From: Camelus ferus
Taxonomy: Eukaryota
Length of the DNA: 64,000 bases
Direction of reading: 5' to 3'
Assembly: GCF_009834535.1 (NCBI RefSeq)
Contig: NC_045696.1
Coordinates: forward strand, 36,582,001-36,646,000
Within the stretch, counting starts at the first letter, position 1. Every line of letters begins with the position of its first letter. Under the pieces are notes generated by a model, which searched no databases, was not told the origin of the DNA, and was given only the letters and a program-made list of their open reading frames with translations. This document shows, piece by piece, positions 24,635-38,280 of the stretch. The position numbers were made by a program, and so were the translations under genes.

Positions 24635-27414
24635 ATGACCAAAAGATCTGAAAAGTATACATTTGGAAAATAGTCGTAGTTCACCGTGACTAAGCAACTT
24701 TGAAAATTTAAACCTCCAAATGTTTTAGGTATATCTGTCATTTTTGTGAAACTGCTTTCTAACCTGCAAATCTGTTAGTTCAATCGGGGTGTTTAGTGAG
24801 TCCCTTCTGTGTGACCTGACATGTATGTTAAACTTTATCTCCTTCATCAGCCTGGTAGAACTAAGCTAAGGGTTACCGGAAGTTGAGTATGAATGTATCT
24901 AAATGTTTTTAAACTTTCTAGGATGATTACAAGTTGGATAAGAAAATCCTCTTTATTCCTGGCTAGATGGAAACTTCATGTGGAGATGTGTAAATTGAAT
25001 TCCTTGCATTTCTCAGCACAACTAATCTTCTCCCAGAGAAGGAAAGAGCATATAATTTGAGAGTTCAAAGTAGACAAAAGACTTATTTATTGTTTATCAA
25101 GCTGTAAGCTTCCGGTTGCCTGATGTGCTTATGACACATTTAGGTTACTCCTGAGGCTCAGCCCTGCTAAAAATTCACAAAAGTTTTCTGATATCTTCTA
25201 GCCTTCCATTTAGAGATGAGTCTAAGTGTGTTCCAAAAGTGAAGTGTTCTTCTGAGGATCACAGACTGAATGGTAGAGCACAACGTGACAGAAAATTATT
25301 GTGTTTATTATTACAGCAATTTTCTTAATGGTTGATAAAGAGTAAGTGAGAATAAGACAATGATTCTTAACCAGAATATGAGCCAAACCAGAAAGCTGTA
25401 CTTCACTGGAATGTCACTATGAAACATTCGTCTCTCCAGGCGTATCAGTTGTGGGTGCTCTGAAAAATGGTTAGCTTTCCTGTCTGAGTGTCTTCTCTTC
25501 TGCCATCCTAGACTCTTACATTAAGTGGAACCAGTTCAATTCCTAGATCCTTGTCTGGTGGAATTTCTGTTTATAACTCCTCCATAATCATATAGACTCT
25601 AAATACCACCAGCTCAAGTGTAATTTAAAATAAAATGGGACTCAACAAAAGACTCAAACTACTATCCTTCTTTCAGAATCATGCACATAAATTAATTGTC
25701 ATCCCTCAAGCATTCTGTCTTTCTATTGTCCCCTCCTTGTCTATCCATTCACATATTCCTTTTCTCCATCTATTGTTCCTTCTTATCGGTCCAGTCCTCC
25801 ATCTATCCATCAAATTTTATTTTTCCTTCACTCAGCCATACATGCATGTTCTTCTGTCATCTTCAAATATTTAATGGTATTCTACACTAAATAAAGTGTT
25901 GAGATACAGAAAAGAATAATACACAGTTGCTACTGACAAAAATTTTAAAAACATTAAAGTTTCTATTTATGTTAAGGTAATCACTCTCTGTTCCTAACGT
26001 AAAAGTCTATGTGTTGAATAAAACTCTTTAATTTTACATTTTACTTCATTTGATTTTTAAATTTTAGAATGACCAATGTCCATAGAAGAAAATTTAGAGA
26101 TATATAAAAGTGTATACCAAATACCAGTTACCCATAGTCTTATCACTTTGAAAGAAGCACCATTGTGTTTTTACTATAATTCCCTAAACTGCTTTTCTCC
26201 AAAGGATGCATTAGGAGCTCAGAGTATGCTTTGGAGACCTCCTATATTAGGATTACTAAATATTATGAGATGATTGCTGAATTTGTGAGGTAATTGTTAA
26301 AGATAGATTCCCGGGCAGCTCCTTCCTGGAGCATTGTATCAGTGTCTCTGGGGTGATTATGTGCATATTGATGTTTGAGAACAGCTAATACACCAACATA
26401 ATGATGTTTTATAGTGTTACTTCATCATTTTTTTTTCTGTCTTAATGCATTTTCCTTCTAAAGTCTCAGCTAATAGTCTACCTGTGGAGAAATGATTTCA
26501 AATGTTTTTACTCATTGCAGTTAGTTTCTATTTGATATTTGTTCAAAGTGTAACAGAAAACTCAATAGGAATAGCACTTTCCCATAGCTAATGCTTGCCC
26601 TGAATCCCTAGAAAATATTACAAAGACCACACATGTTATACCTATATTATATGACACTGTATTATATGCAGCTGTAGAGATCACAGCCACATCTGCCCAG
26701 TAACATCCCCGATCAGGACGACAGCATCGTCAGGGCTCGTCTGCCTTTGCTTCACTGAGAAGCACAACAGTGGTTTCTTGGTCCTGGAGTTTTGCCTCTC
26801 AGCATACTGTAGTCCAACTTGGAAACAGATGAGATAAACGACAGATGATAACTGTCAACAGGCTTCAGAGGAAATGAAATATTTGAGGAAAATGTGGAAA
26901 TACTTGTTGATTGTTGTTTAAAAACTTCTTCAGTTCACAATAAGGACATAACTTCCTAGAAATCACTCTTTCCTGCTGTATTTTGTGGAAGGCGAGAGGA
27001 ATCGTAAGATCAGCTGGCTGCTTCCTCTATCTAATGACAGAGGAATCGTTTACTTTATTTTTCCTTTAGCAGAAAAAGCAGAACCCAATCTTTATGTGGG
27101 TGCCTCTCATATATAGCTTGCTTTCTATCTTCATGTGCCAGACTTACGAAGGATTTTAAATAATTGTTTTTCTGTTTCTGAATAATGAAATAACTAACTT
27201 TAAGGAAAGGAAGAGATTGTTTGTACCCAAGTAGATCACTATAGAAGTTTATTGTAGCAGTGTGTTGACTCCATGCCAAACACTGAGCCAAGTGCTTCAA
27301 ATATACTTTTTTCACTTAAAATGTGGATACTGTGTGTAAAATCCTGATTAAATTGTTTACTTAAATTGTTTACTTATTTATCATTATTTATTTTTTTCTA
27401 CTTATTTATTATTA

Positions 27415-27896
27415 CAAAGGGAAGCAGAATATGGCACCCTCAAATATGCCACTTTGGCATATTATTTTGAGCTGAACGTAGGTACTTGAGAAACAGCCAG
27501 TACAAGAAGGATACTCTGACCCTCCTCTGTCCCCTGAAAGCAGGGAATGAATCTCCCATGTGGAAGGTACTATCTCTGTACCAGGAGGGTAGAAAACATC
27601 CTCATCACCAAGGATAGGGAAGTTAGGGCCCAGAGGTTACTTCTTCACCAGTTTACTACGGCAAACCCAAATCCAAACCCCTTTGTCTTGTCAAGTCTTT
27701 TCAAATTTATTGTTTGTCTAAAAGGTATAAAAGTTTCCTGCTTTGGTTACTTCTTTGAGTCTTATATTTTTATGGGACTCTGGTACATACAAAATTAAAT
27801 TTGTTTTTATTTTGTTAATCTGTCTTATGTCAATTTAATTATTAGGCCAGCAAAAGAACCTAGAAGGGAAGAAGGGAGACGTTTTCCACCCATGCA
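27415..27896 (+). mobile_element. MER34-like ERV1 solo LTR
   Basis: aaatatgccactttggcatattattttgagctgaa...; TATA box (tataaaa), attaaa polyA signal; ends homologous to 34466-34946. Confidence 0.85.
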
Positions 27897-29740
27897 TTGT
27901 CTTTCTCCATCATTAGAGGGTAAACACTGTCTCCCCAGTATCTAGTGTATCCAGCATGCAGTAAACATGGGGATGTACCCTAGACCTGATCATCCAGCCA
28001 TCCTGGGGAAGAACTGTTCCAGCAGCAGTGGTTCTCTGTTCTTCCTGAAGGCAGCGCCCAGCGCTCTACTTACTTGTTCAAAAGTCTTATATTTCATTTC
28101 AAATAGAATCTATAGTCAAAAGCATATCATTTAAGGCTCCCCAGGGGTCAGGCTCTAACTTACTTGTCTAGTCTGATCTCTCACTATTTTCATACATGTA
28201 CTTTCCCACTTCTAACTCTTTGCATTTTCATTCCCTTAACTTAAATGCTCCTCGTTGCTCCTGAAATCCTGCTTAGACTGCACGACCACGCCTTGGTTTA
28301 AAAGTTCTCTGATTTCCCTGGATAGAAAGAGCTTTCCAGCCTTTGAAACATCAGTAGCTTTTAAAAGCTGTCTCAGGACACTTATCACATGATGTCTTAT
28401 ACCGTTTTATTGCAGTCTGGTCTTCATGTATGTATGTTTTCTTGATACTAGAAGATTACCTTGAGAGAAATAACCACATCCTCCATTCAACCAAGTACAA
28501 AGTAATTGTTCAGAATTTATTGAACAAATAACTGGATACATGGAAAAAAGAAGCTTTCAATCAAGACACTATTACATTTGCCCAGAAAAAAATATTTTCT
28601 AGAATATGATACTGTCTCTCAACAATGCAGAGCTATCTTCTCTTTATCCCTTTTCGTGATGATTCCCTGAATAATTCTAGTAGTTTAGGGGTTAGATATT
28701 GTATGTATTTAACTGGCATGCAAATGATTTGGTTGCATGACTTAAATAAGATAACTAACATAGACCAAGTAAATGTTTATTTCTAGTAATTAGACTATTT
28801 TAAAATGTTTAATATCTTCTTATGCAGGTTTATTCAATATTTCTAGAATTATTTGATTGGCTATCAAAAGTGGTAGGTTTTGAAGTTCATTTTTGCCATC
28901 ATAAAATACAAACTAATTTAGAAACTGAAAATCTATGGTGGGAAAGATATTTTCTGAATTCAGGGAATATGCTAGTTGGTTATGAATATAGATTGAATAT
29001 ATGTACTAGAAATTTTTATGAAGGAATTTATGTAATTTTGAAATGTGTGTCATCTAAAACTTCTCCAAATTATAGGTGAATTGGGAGAGTATATTCAGTA
29101 AATAGAATAGCCTATAGTTGGCTCTGAACATAAAGTAAAAGAGAAAAAAAAATTCTCATAACTACATGGATAATTGGGCCAAAATGGGCTATAAAAGAGT
29201 AAGCTATGAATATTTATTATTCCATTTCAATATTTTGAAATTGTTGTAATTAATAAAAAAAAGTGCTTGCCTGTAGATTATCTGTAATCACTGCTAAAGG
29301 CAGAATTTGAGATTCAAAGGATTGCCCTGTCTGATTGAGACAAAATTTCCATTAAAAACTATTTTTTAAAGAAATTTTTATTAAGTACCTTCCTTGTACC
29401 CGGTGACATGTTTTAGGGAAATGAAAATTAATATATTGGATCTGACTTCTAGATGTTTGTAATGCAGATGAAACTGGTACAAAGAGTATTTTCTTTTAGA
29501 AGATAGTCCAGGCTCACAGTTTTTATCAAAGCTCCTACTTTGCTTTTCCCATTTCATTCACTACTATATAGGAAAATCATTTTAAAAAGTGACAATTTAT
29601 ATTTCAAGCTTATAAGAACACAGGATTTCTCACAAATGCACATGCTATATAGTTGACTACCCCCCTCCCCCACCCCTGGGGAGCACCACATAGGATACAA
29701 ATAATTAGGTACTAGCAGAATGCTTGTGAGGGTCTGGGTA

Positions 29741-30039
29741 CTCTTTTCTTTTCTCTTTTCTTTTCTTTTCTTTTCTTTTCTTTTCTTTTCTTTTCTTTTC
29801 TTTTCTTTTCTTCTCTTCTCTTCTCTTCTCTTCTCTTCTCTTCTCTTCTCTTCTCTTCCCTTCCCTTCCCTTCCCTTCCCTTCCCTTCTCTTCTCTTCTC
29901 TTCTCTTCTCTTCCCTTCCCTTCCCTTCCCTTTCCTTTTCCTTCCTTCCTTCCTTCCTTCCTTCCTTCCTTCCTTCCTTCCTTCCTTCCTTCCTTCCTTC
30001 CTTCCTTCCTTCCTTTCTTCCTTTCTTCCTTCCTTTTTT
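29741..30039. repeat. Compound polypyrimidine microsatellite (TTTTC)n(TTCTC)n(TTCCC)n(TTCC)n
   Basis: ~299 consecutive C/T bases. Confidence 0.98.
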
Positions 30040-32599
30040 AAAAAAGTGACTGAGAAGTCTGACATAGCAAGACATTGTAAGAACATGTCCCATAGGGAGT
30101 CTGTGGAGTCGCAGTGAGGGGTGATGTTCAAATGTTGACTGATTGACATTAATAAAGAGCATGATCCCTTTGGAATAAATTTCTTCCAAACCCCTGGATA
30201 TGCCTCCCAGGAGTTCAATTGTGAATAGACATATGTAACTGAAAACTCAGTAAGGAAGGAAACTGTCTGCAGTTCTGACTCTGAGGATAGGAAAAAGAAG
30301 AGAGGACTGTTAGTTTCACCTCATCTTCTACCAGGAGCAGGTGGATAGAAGATGTGGTTACTGAAAGGATTCCGTGAAAAGATCTTTTCCACTGCTTGTC
30401 ATTTAGAATCCTTACCTGTATGTATGTCAAGCCTTTCAACATATTATTAGTGATGAGCTTACGTTGTAATTATCCTGAGAGATATATGTTTCTAATTAAA
30501 CTCAGAAGAGGTATAATTGACTAATAACTGACTCTCTCCTGGCAGAAACTTTTGGCCACAGGGAGGGTAGACAAGACATAAGAGAAACAAGGAACTTGAA
30601 AGTAGAGGGAACCTCCGAGCAGAGTAGGAAGGCAGAAAAGGAACTCCAGTGTGTACAAGAACAAGCCCTGCCTACTCAGATTTCCTTGGGGCCACAGAGC
30701 TCTATTTGCACACATTATCATGAAACTGCAGGAGGTGCATCAGAGACCGAGGGGATTATGTGATCCCAATGCTATGAGTGAGCTCTTGCAGGGGGATTTT
30801 GCTTGTACATTCTTGGGATAGGCACCAGAGAAAAGGAGAGAAAAACTGGAGAACAGCTGAAGGAAATGGGAGAAAGATGAAAGTGATATGGGGAAAAAAC
30901 AAAGCAGATTTTCTAATGAAGATTTGAGGATTTTTGAGAATGAACCAATATGATGTAAGCATTTAGTGGGATTAAGTGGCAACAGATTAGCACTTAAGAC
31001 TTAGGAGTCCTGCTTTAGGGTTAGAAGACTTTCTGACTTTTCCTCTTTTAAAAATTTTTTTTTGGACTGTCAGTGAAATATATATCATAGTGACAGGACT
31101 CCATTCTACATCTGGAGATAATTCTAGAGCTAGCTAGATCCTTAGTGAAAGTCAAATAAGCAACTAATTATATTTTTTTCTGTCACAACTGCTTTTGTCC
31201 TTTATAAGAAACTATTTCATAATTTTTCTCCTCTCACATATTCCCTGTGCACATTTTTTGCAATATGCAAAATCCTATTATTTTATTCCTAGTCACTGGT
31301 AGTTTGTGGCTCTCCTTAACAAGGGCTGACTTATAAAATCCTTCTCCTTAGTTAGCTTGCAGTACCTAATCCCTGGTCCATGGAGCTTCCCAGACATGTG
31401 TGTGGACATTATTAGTCTGCCTCTAAGAAGTATTAAGTTTTTGCAAGAATATCAACTCTAATACATAATTTTCCACTTCATATTTGTATGAATCTTATTC
31501 CTTAAAATCTGTTCTTATTTTAGTGCTTACTAGTAGACAAGTTGAGGTAGTCAAAAATTTTCCATTAAAGGTATTAGAGTTTCTCTTGTTGACTTTGTGA
31601 AATGGTGCTAACTGAAGTGCAACACCTCCAGACAGTCCCCTTGACCCTTTGGCAGGGTCTTGTCATTGAGAGAAGTGTGCCTGTTTCTGTGTCTCAGGTA
31701 GCAGAGAGTTACGGTGTGAGCTGTTAGCCGGATGGGTCAGTAACTGGGTGGGAGTACCTGCAGGGCTGCATTTGAACAATCTGCCAGGCAGGGTTCCTTA
31801 TTGTTCTTTAAAGGTACCATGCTCATTACTGTGGCTAATGATTAGAAAATGAGTGCAGAGAAAAGGGAGAGTCTGCAGATCTTTCAAGACTCCTATTAAA
31901 GTTCCTCCTCCATTGTTAAACTTTCTGATCATTCCAGCCCCCTGATCTCTCCATGCTCTGAATGTCTATAACACTTATTATCACATTCTCTCATTATGGC
32001 TTTTAATCATGTGCTGTCCCTATCATTTTCTAAGTGTTTCTGGGTTCCTGTGCTGTATTGCTCACTCTAAGGAAATCTCCCCTTTGACTTCTTTTGGGGA
32101 GCTTTAAGCCCTTTATGGGCTTTACCGGAGGGCCACTCCATTAAATTCTGCCTGGATCAATAAGAAGAGATGGTGTTAAATGATACTTTTCTTTTTTAGT
32201 TCTTTTTCTTTGAAATGTTTGGAAACAATGTCCGCTTGTCTACTCAGTGTGTTTAGGAAACACTGTAAATTGAGAAAGCCAGTGTCTTGAGAAGTGTGGA
32301 CTACTTCTTACTTGCATGGGAGAACTGAAACAATGTAAAAGCATGGAGAAGTTGGATTCAACTTCTATTAATTGAAGAAAAGTGAAATACAAAATATCAG
32401 GTCAACAAGAACATATCACAATATGTCACTGCCCGACTGGAAAACTGGAATGGGGATTGTCTAAACACATGCCAGCCATCCTTTAGTCTCAGGATGTAGC
32501 AGTAAGTACAGAGGGCTTCTCCGTGTCACTGGCATCTATCTAATCATGAGATCTTTGGAGTCTTCAACTTTCTCAGCTTTGAAATGAAGTCAATACATC

Positions 32600-32995
32600 C
32601 CATCTTATTTTTCAATTATTTACTCACTAGACATAATTTTCTGGCCTCACTATGGCCAGAACCCTTTCTAGGGACTAGGGGATCCAGCAGGAGACAAAAG
32701 AGATAGTCTTTGCTGTAACACATCTTACATTCTCATGTATTTTTGTGTGTAGTGCTTTGGGGGAGTGGTTATGTAAGTTAAGATGTGCAAAACATCTAGA
32801 ATATAGATATTCAATAACAATACCTATCATTTATTGAGGCACTACTATGCACTAAGAATTTTACATAAAATTTCCATAACACAATAGTCCATATCTTAAA
32901 CATGAAAAAACTGATTTGGCAAAAAAATTGATTTGGTAAGAATTAAATGATTTTCAAGAACTTGTAAGTGACACCACCTGGATTAAATATTCACT
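32600..32995 (-). mobile_element. L2 and MIR fragments
   Basis: ggggatccagcaggagacaaaag (L2); catttattgaggcactactatgc (MIR). Confidence 0.55.
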
Positions 32996-34465
32996 TCCCT
33001 TATTTACCTTCTCTTTCTCCTGGCATTGACTCTGATAAAATACCAGATTGTCAGGTTTATAGCATGTCTACATATTTTAGGAATTATAATCCAACAAGTA
33101 CCAAATATGAATTTTTGTAATAATGAGCTATAATGGTGGCTCCATTTTGGCAAGACCATACATCTCCTGCATCATTGTATCCCCTACCTCTGGCAGGTTG
33201 CCTAAAACTCAAAATTATCTGATGAATGAATGAGTGAATGAATGAATGAATGTGCTGAGTTCTGTGAAGGTTCTTCTGCCTCACTGCTTAACTTTTTATT
33301 ATCCAAGGATTATTATTGTCAATGCACACTCTGTTTGCTGAGTTAGTCTTTCAGCGACTGGATTTAAACCTCAGCAGAAAGGAGTTCTGTTAAAGTCTGG
33401 TAAAGGTTATGTTTTACTGCCATAAACTCAAGTGATACATTTTCAGCAGGTATATGATGGCAGCAGTGCAGTGGGCATGGCTTGCAAAATTCCCATTTCC
33501 CAAGGGAATTGTGCTCTGAGGGGTAAAGATGTTCAGCCTGGCCTGGAAGAAGTTCTGCCAAGTCTCCAGTGCCTCCAAATAGCAGCTACTCAAATTTCTT
33601 TCACCTCAACCACCTCATTTTGAAACTACCTGTGTAATCATGAAAAATACTTCCAGTTTCTCTGATCATTTTGCTCCAGGTGTAGTTTGTTTATGACAGC
33701 AGCTCTTTCTTGCTCCTTATCCATGGGTCGTGTGATAATGACTAGGTATTCCACATGCATTGCAGGGGTGAAAGTACAACCAGTCTTTATTATGCATGTG
33801 TTGTCATTTTCCTGTTATATAAAACCAGCAGGAACTGAGTGTGGTAGGCCTGGAAAGGGCCTCTTAACACAAGAGCTTATTATTATTATTATTTTAATGC
33901 TCAGATCATTCCTATTGCTAGCCATCAGTTGCCTAATTGACTGTGATAAATGACAGGCAAAAATCAGGTGTTCAAATAAAAATGATGTGTTAAGCACCTA
34001 CTATGTGCAAGGCAGATAGGTACTTATTGCATGGATGCTGGATTAAGGCTCGAACACTTGAAAAGTTTAAAAAAAAGTTTGGATACCAAGCTCTATTCTC
34101 CATGTGGTGGGAACTTGCTCTTACAATGTGGCACAGGGTAGGGTTTTGATATATTTTAATGAAATGAATAAAGCATAGCATTAGAATTCAGATCTATAAA
34201 TTTCAACTGGATGAATGGTAATGATCAGTTTTCTAGAAGTTTAGGTGAAGGAATGTTACATTCAGGCCTAGTTAAAACTCAAATGTAATAATAATGTCTG
34301 TCTGTCTGTCTATCGATCGATCGATCTATTTATGTATCAATCTATATTTGAAGTTTGCAAGGAGTTTGTGTTTATAATTTTATTTTGATCCTATTAACAT
34401 GCCTGGGAGCCAGGTGGTGGGACAGATATTATTCATTTTGCAGATTAAATGGCAGCCAATGTAAC

Positions 34466-34946
34466 TGTAGGGATGGGAAACTTTTCCCTTCTTCCCCACT
34501 AGCTTCATTGGCTGGCCTAATAATTAAACTGACATAAGACAGATTAACAGGAGAAAAAGAAATTTCATATGTGTGGAAACCCCATGAAAGTAAGAAACTC
34601 TCAAGCAGTCAGGTAATTGAGACTCGTATACCATCCTGAGCTAAGGAGAAGGGAATAGAGGCCTGGGGCCTCAAAGGGAAGGAAGACAATTCTTAGGAAG
34701 CCGGGAAGAGCAAATGTTAGGTGAACAAATGTTGCCATGTCATGCAGATAAGTCTTTCTGCTATAAAAAGGTATTCCTGGTAATAGCTCTCTTCCTGGTA
34801 CAGGTCCCCTATGTAAATTCTTTTAGGCAGTTAAAAGGGAGGTAAAAAGCTCTTACTGAGTCTGCTGGGCTCCAGTTATCTTCAGCTTGAAATAATCCAC
34901 ATGCCAAAGTGGCACATTCTGGAGTGGTGTATTCTGCTTCCCCTCA
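34466..34946 (-). mobile_element. MER34-like ERV1 solo LTR with 4-bp TSD
   Basis: TG...CA ends; TAAC at 34462-34465 and 34947-34950; atgccaaagtggcacattctgg. Confidence 0.9.
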
Positions 34947-36549
34947 TAACTTCTACAAACGTCATAGCTGGTACATTCCAAAGTTGGACTCCGTTCATGT
35001 TATTCCCAGTCCAGTGCTCCTTCTGTCACAACACTGTGTCATCTTCCACTTCAGTAGTAGAATTTCACTAAAATGGCATGGATGCTCTAGATGTAAGTTG
35101 CCTTCAGTTGCTACCCTAGCATATGGAGGAACATACTTGCAATCAATCTTCCAGTCTCTCAGATGAGCATCTCCAAACACTGAATGTGTGTGCCTTCAAA
35201 AGAAAAGCCATGCCTATCAATGATTGAAGAATCCAAATGGGTCTTTCTAGACGTTATTGGGTAGTTTAGATTAGGTGTATGTGGAATCAGTGAGTAGGGA
35301 ACTAGGTGAGGGTTGAAAGGAAGAACATGAGTCTGAATATATTGGGCAGATCATGCAAATGACACAGCCATTCATTCACAAATGATTCTTGGGGCAGTGA
35401 TTGCATAAACCACACAGAGGGGCATCAAGCCTTCCCCAGTTAGCTTGCCGATAAAAATTGTCTCTTAAGTGTGTTTTAGTCCATATGGTAGAGCACACTC
35501 CTGGCAAGAGTGCTTTCTAAATAGCAGGCTTCTTTTTAGGGAACTGGAGCAGATTTTACAGGTCATAACCTGCCTGGTGCCCCAGGGCAGGTGTATTACT
35601 TTGCAACAAGAAGTTGACACTTAACTCTACCTGGCCTCAGAAGCCATTCAGTGGTAGAAGCCAAGCAATTTCACATATTTCAACCTAATGTACCTTCAAG
35701 CCTCAAGGCTGCCTTGCTCTGTCTCTTGAATATCATCTCTTGTGCAAAATCAAGCTCCTTAACCGTCTGGCAAGGATGCTCTAAGGAAATGGGATGATAG
35801 AACTCTGATGTTTCTTTTACAGGAATCACTCTGCTCCCCAGCAAGTTGGCCTAGTGGGACTGAAAGGGCTGTCATCTTATCAGCTCAGACTAGACCTGGG
35901 GTAATTATCTTTATTGCCTTTTGCACACAAGTTGTTCCTGCTCATGTGACAAAGCAAAGTGAATATAAGCAAAATTTGTATATATATATGGTTTGGTCCT
36001 GCAGACCTGGTATTTTCAACAAGAAAGTAAATTTGGAGATGATGCTAGGTGCCTTTTTCTTTGTGTTTGAATTCAAAGGTCTGTTTAAGGAAAAATGGCA
36101 GGATCCTGTAAAATATTAACTTTGTCTATCTTACTTTTGCCCTCTATTTCTATTCAAGTCATTTTAAACAAGGATTTTGAAAGAAATTTGCCTTTTCTTA
36201 TTTCAAAGATAAACCTTAACATTCTTGACATGATTACTCTGTTTTTAAATATCATCCCTTGAGGCAGTGAGACCTGTACCTTCTTGTGCATCAGCCTTTA
36301 GTGTCCCCTGTCCTCATGTCATGTGCCCTGATGGGAAATCTCTTCTGTTCATCATGCCTATTGGAATACCACTTGTGTTTTCTAAACAGCTTTTCCTGAC
36401 ATTTAAGGTCCTCACTATTCTCACACTGTGTCATACAGATTAGCACTTTATATACATTATTGTTTTCCATTTCATATGAGTTCAGTCTGCTTTTAAAGCC
36501 AGAATATCAGCTATGTTGCTGTGATTTTGTTCACAAGAGAAGCACAGGT

Positions 36550-36720
36550 CCACGGGATGCTAGAGCTGATTGTCTGGCCCAGTCCTCTTCCTTCATCATT
36601 GAGAAAACTGAAACCCAGTGTAGGTTAAGGTCCTATTCTAGATGCTTGGAGAGTTGGTGGCAGAATCAAGACCGTAGAAGTAGTTACAGAGCCCTCTGAG
36701 TATCAGTCCACTGCCTTACA
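36550..36720 (-). mobile_element. MIR fragment
   Basis: gagaaaactgaaacccagtgtaggttaag...agttggtggcagaatcaagac. Confidence 0.6.
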
Positions 36721-37502
36721 TGCCATAGGTGTTCAGTAATTGCATGATGTGGATGTACTGACTTATCCAGCGCTTATTCAGCTGCTAGAAGAAGCTATTT
36801 TTGGTTTGTCATGTTTATAAACACATATTTACTTAAATATATATGTAAATAAATACATACCTTGAACAGAACATTAACTTCACTGGGCTCATTTCCTTAA
36901 TATATGTATGTATGTGTGTGTATGTGTGTGTGTATATTAAGATATAATTTTTTTTCTCCCATAAGGGTATGTGGCATGAGAATAGAATATTTAAGTCTGA
37001 TGTACAGGAGGTACATACTTCATTGCTCCAAGGGATGATATTTAAAAACAGAATACTAATGGACTAATAATGCAACTTCTTGGTGAATTTCAGAGGTTCC
37101 AAATTGTATTAGGAATGTTGGGGTATGTCCTTGAAACCAGAAAAGGCAATCGCTTTCAAAACCTTTGTTTTAGATGATTTGAATAGAAATATGGGACAAA
37201 ATTATGTGAGGAAAAAAGAAAATATCTACATAAAGTCAGGAGCTTCATCACATTTGAAATATAGCATTCAATCTTTTGACCCTAATGCATTTTAGCATAA
37301 TATCACTTTTTCTTATGTTAAAATTTTGAGTAATTCTAAAAATATCAAAGTTTGCTAGAAAAATGTCATGGAAGGTGGCCACATTAAACAACATTAAATT
37401 AACATTAAATGTTATTACAATATTAAATGCTATTAAAATGAAAATTTAGTTGAGGATTTAGAGTGGTAATAAAATCATTATCTCAGGTAACTTCTGTTTC
37501 AG

Positions 37503-37556
37503 TTGATAAACTTCAATTAAAACAGCTCAAGGGTAGAAATTGTTTGGGAGATACAG
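37503..37556 (+). other. Candidate 54-nt symmetric phase-1 exon (xDKLQLKQLKGRNCLGDT)
   Basis: cttctgtttcag acceptor, CAG|gtaaga donor; only phase 1 is stop-free. Confidence 0.35.
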
Positions 37557-37849
37557 GTAAGAAGATTCCTGGGTCATTGACCAAACATCATGGATGTTAA
37601 ATCGGAAACATTGGTTCAGGCTTAGAGTTGAAGTTCTGATTCCATTATTTGATGTTATGCCAAGAGCAGGGACTCTCTGGTGAAGGTTTTTGTTTGCTTG
37701 TTTATTTGTTGTTATTTTTAAACTTTAAATTATTTTTATTTAGAATAGTGTAACACTTCAAAACTGGTGAGAGATTTTGGAGTTAACTTTTACAGTTTTC
37801 TGTCTAGTTGTATCGTATTTGTTAACCAAAATTTGAGAAACAGAGAACT

Positions 37850-38280
37850 GATTGAAATAAAAATGTGTTTTGGGTGGAGGGGTCTCAGGACTACAGCTGA
37901 GGAGATACAGATTCAATAAGCATTTAAATTATGTTCTGCTGGACTACAAAATGAGGGAGGCATATAAAGGCAAAAACTGCAAGGTTACAATTAGTTACAT
38001 GAGTTGTTTATCAAAAATTGGAGTGGTAAGCGTGCTTGTTAAGTGAAGATTGGTTGGGGTCCAAAATGGTTGCATAGTTACAAGGAGGAACAATCTTGAG
38101 ACACAGAGTTGCAGCTAGCAGATGTATTAAAAACAGCTGGTGTCCCTGGGTTAGGTACAGTTCACAGAAAGTTCAGTTTCTCAGTGGTGCTGGGACGTGT
38201 CTGAAACCAGATTCTCAATGGCTGCTGGACTCTAATTTTCCATGCTTGAACTGTGATTAATCCATTATCATTTCAATTTG
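37850..38280 (-). mobile_element. Probable ERV1-class LTR
   Basis: tgaa...tttca ends; gagatacagattcaataagca and gattggtt motifs typical of ERV1 LTRs. Confidence 0.45.

Noticed and set aside
29554..30218. Long ORFs of 211, 168 and 109 aa
   Set aside because: Translations of the stop-free microsatellite
32493..32501. 9-nt microexon candidate
   Set aside because: Weak acceptor with a nearby upstream AG; appears to be in decayed MIR-like sequence
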